A stretch of 64,000 nucleotides of DNA. It comes from Ramazzottius varieornatus. Its lineage: Eukaryota; Animalia; Tardigrada. Below the pieces are notes generated by a model. The model had not been told where the DNA came from and did no database searches. It saw nothing but the letters and a program-made list of their open reading frames with translations. The number at the start of each line of letters is the position of its first letter. Positions within the stretch are counted from its first letter, which is position 1. This document shows positions 61,906 through 64,000 of the stretch, one piece after another. The position numbers and the translations under genes are program-made. The DNA lies in assembly GCA_001949185.1 (NCBI GenBank), contig BDGG01000003.1:907577-971576 (forward strand), in the 5' to 3' direction.

Positions 61906-62407
61906 TTTAGTCCTCAAAGCCCCAGAGCACGAGAAAATCGTGATTTGTGTAGAAATAATGGCGCACTGTAAATGGATGCGAAAACGGTGATTTATCTGGT
62001 TCGGAGTACCGTGATGGTGTAGCACATGTTTTATTTCGAAGAAGTCAGTGTACTCTTATGAAGAAGCCAATTGAGTTCGAAACGAAGTCAACACATTGCC
62101 GTCCAAGAACTTCACATCAGCATTCTGATGGATAGCGGGTACCATTCATGTGTGGTTAATCCCTCAGCTCCTGAAGTGCCACGTCGAGTGCCCGCTTTCC
62201 TTACTGCTGCTGTAGGTGTCCGGGTATCGCGCCATTGTGCTCGCCTTCTTAAACTTCACATCATGCACTGGTGCATGAGAGTACCGTTGAATACAGTCTG
62301 GCGAAAACGCCAGACAAAAGAAAGCCATGAACGGGCTACTGGAAAAGGACGCAGATAGATTACGACTTGGTGGTTTCGCGAAAGAGACAGCAGACTTGCC
62401 ATTCGAC

Positions 62408-62462
62408 ATGTAAAAAAAAAATGATGTGTGTAAAAAAATGATGTGTGTAAAAAAATGATGTG
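62408..62462. repeat. Three tandem copies of TGT(A)nTGATGTG
   Basis: Seen directly. Confidence 0.8.
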
Positions 62463-63043
62463 GAAGGCCATTTATGCGGTCAGTTAACAACTGTAATCGA
62501 TTCGAAGGTTGATAGCTATTTTTAACAATCGAAATTTCGGTGTGGTACCGGTAGCGCCATTCTGTGGCATGTTGTTGCGGATCTTTGATTAGGAAGACGA
62601 ACGGCTTGCTAGAACTTGAAGTGTGCTAGCTGCACGAAACTCTTTCGCGGAGTGAGGGAGTGACCAATATGGTTCGAAACAGTCGGCGGTGCCCCTTCAA
62701 ATCTTAATTCATTTTTTGCAACTACTCTTTACGCATGTGGTGTTCAGCAGTCTGAAACCGCTGAACACGTTACAAGATTGTCGATAGTCATAGACCAGAC
62801 TCCGTGATCAATCTTCTGGCGATTTTCTTCAGCATTTCCACACTTTCCATAATTATGTGATTCAAAACCGGACGCAGACCTGGTATCAATTTTATAATCG
62901 GTTAGGTAGTGAATTCGAATCCGTTAAGTACAGTACACCATCTTCGCCTGTGTATCAGCATCTATTGTACAACTGGGTGTGATTTTCACCATCAGGCTCG
63001 AAGTTTATTAATTAATGCCCGTATCTTCAGTCCAAAGAGAATA

Positions 63044-63176
63044 CGAGGTGGCCGGCACGGAGATATCCGCCGGGCATAGAGATATCCACCGGGTTTCGAC
63101 GTTATAAAGCGACATAGAGACCCACTGGATTTCTATATTATTATGGGTGGTGGATATTTCCGCGCCGGCCTCCTCG
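63044..63176. mobile_element. Mariner-type MITE (133 bp, TA flanks)
   Basis: TIRs CGAGGTGGCCGGCACGGAGATATCCGCC and GGTGGATATTTCCGCGCCGGCCTCCTCG. Confidence 0.75.
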
Positions 63177-63386
63177 TAGATCATTTCATTTCGATAGCAC
63201 GCTCGCAAATACAGTAGGACGCTTCCTCTCGATTGTTCATGGAGAGCAAACTTTCCCGCGTTGGTCAGTTGTCATCCTAGAGGTCACCCAACAATGGTTC
63301 TTTCCACAAGCAGATTTATTGTTACCGCGCAAAAATTCTCTCAGAGAAATGTAATACTGTAAGCTAGGTTTCTGTCATGCAATTTT

Positions 63387-64000
63387 CTAGCGTAGCGAGG
63401 CTCGTATGGTGAAATGATCCGGATGGACGCCTAATAATGGTACGTTATGGTAGCAGCTCGTCAATTGCACACTGCGAGATGTCCAAATGCTAATGAAGGA
63501 CTTACCAACGCCGTTTATTCTCAGAATATCCGTCCATGGTCGACTTCGTGCTAAAACCCTGGTCATGTCGAAATGTTGTATCATCGAAACCATCGATATA
63601 AAGACGATCATCTTGGCAAAGTGATCCCCACTGCACATTCGCCGACCTGCAAAGTGGTTTCGGAGTTTAAAAATGCTCGTTAAAATCAAACAGTTGGCTA
63701 GATTTGGTTAAGGTACAGCAACTCACCTGTAGCGAATGGCAGACTATGCGGACTAGATACAAATTTTCCTTGGTCATCTAGAAATCTCTCTGGACGAAAA
63801 ACCATTGGATCCTTGTAATAGACATCGGAGTGGTGAATGTTCACGTAGTCAACAAAAACAGTTGTATCTATGAACGCAAACTCCAGTTTGATTGTCTGGG
63901 TTGGTGTACGTCGGTTGACTATAAAAAAACTACCTTTCGGTATCGTATAACCGTTTAGCATTACGTCTTCCGTGCACTGATGTGGTAGTCCGAACGGATC
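63387..64000 (-). CDS. Cytochrome P450, 3' exons (probably clan 2)
   Basis: GYTIPK, PERF, and the heme motif FATGRRMCSG split by an intron; stop at 63387. Confidence 0.9.

Overview
This is eukaryotic animal DNA with densely packed genes and short GT-AG introns (mostly 55-110 nt), plus one 50-N assembly gap at 34581-34630. The architecture suggests a small-genome invertebrate; a tardigrade such as Ramazzottius is my unverified guess. Genes were reconstructed by hand across introns. They are a TRC8/RNF139-like RING E3 ligase, a P2C Na+/K+-ATPase alpha with unusual ion-site residues, three tandem class A GPCR paralogues (one intact, one with an in-frame stop, one pseudogene with nested MITEs), COQ3, a Tc1-derived HTH gene, ESF1, an ankyrin-SOCS gene with a truncated paralogue, POMT1, a WAP protein and the 3' end of a cytochrome P450. 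A 12-kb block (21.9-33.8 kb) holds four predicted secreted proteins: a Gly/Arg/Asp-rich protein, a Ly6/three-finger domain fused to a long Ser/Lys-rich tail, a soluble acetylcholine-binding-protein-like gene, and a catalytically dead astacin. Mobile elements are a decayed Ngaro/DIRS retrotransposon, a decayed hAT transposon and several MITEs. The best leads are (1) the AChBP-like gene, which has no transmembrane domain and no Cys-loop disulfide and lies near a three-finger gene, and (2) the Na pump with N324Y/N776K/D926N-equivalent changes that predict altered ion stoichiometry. All homology calls are from recalled motifs; no searches were run.
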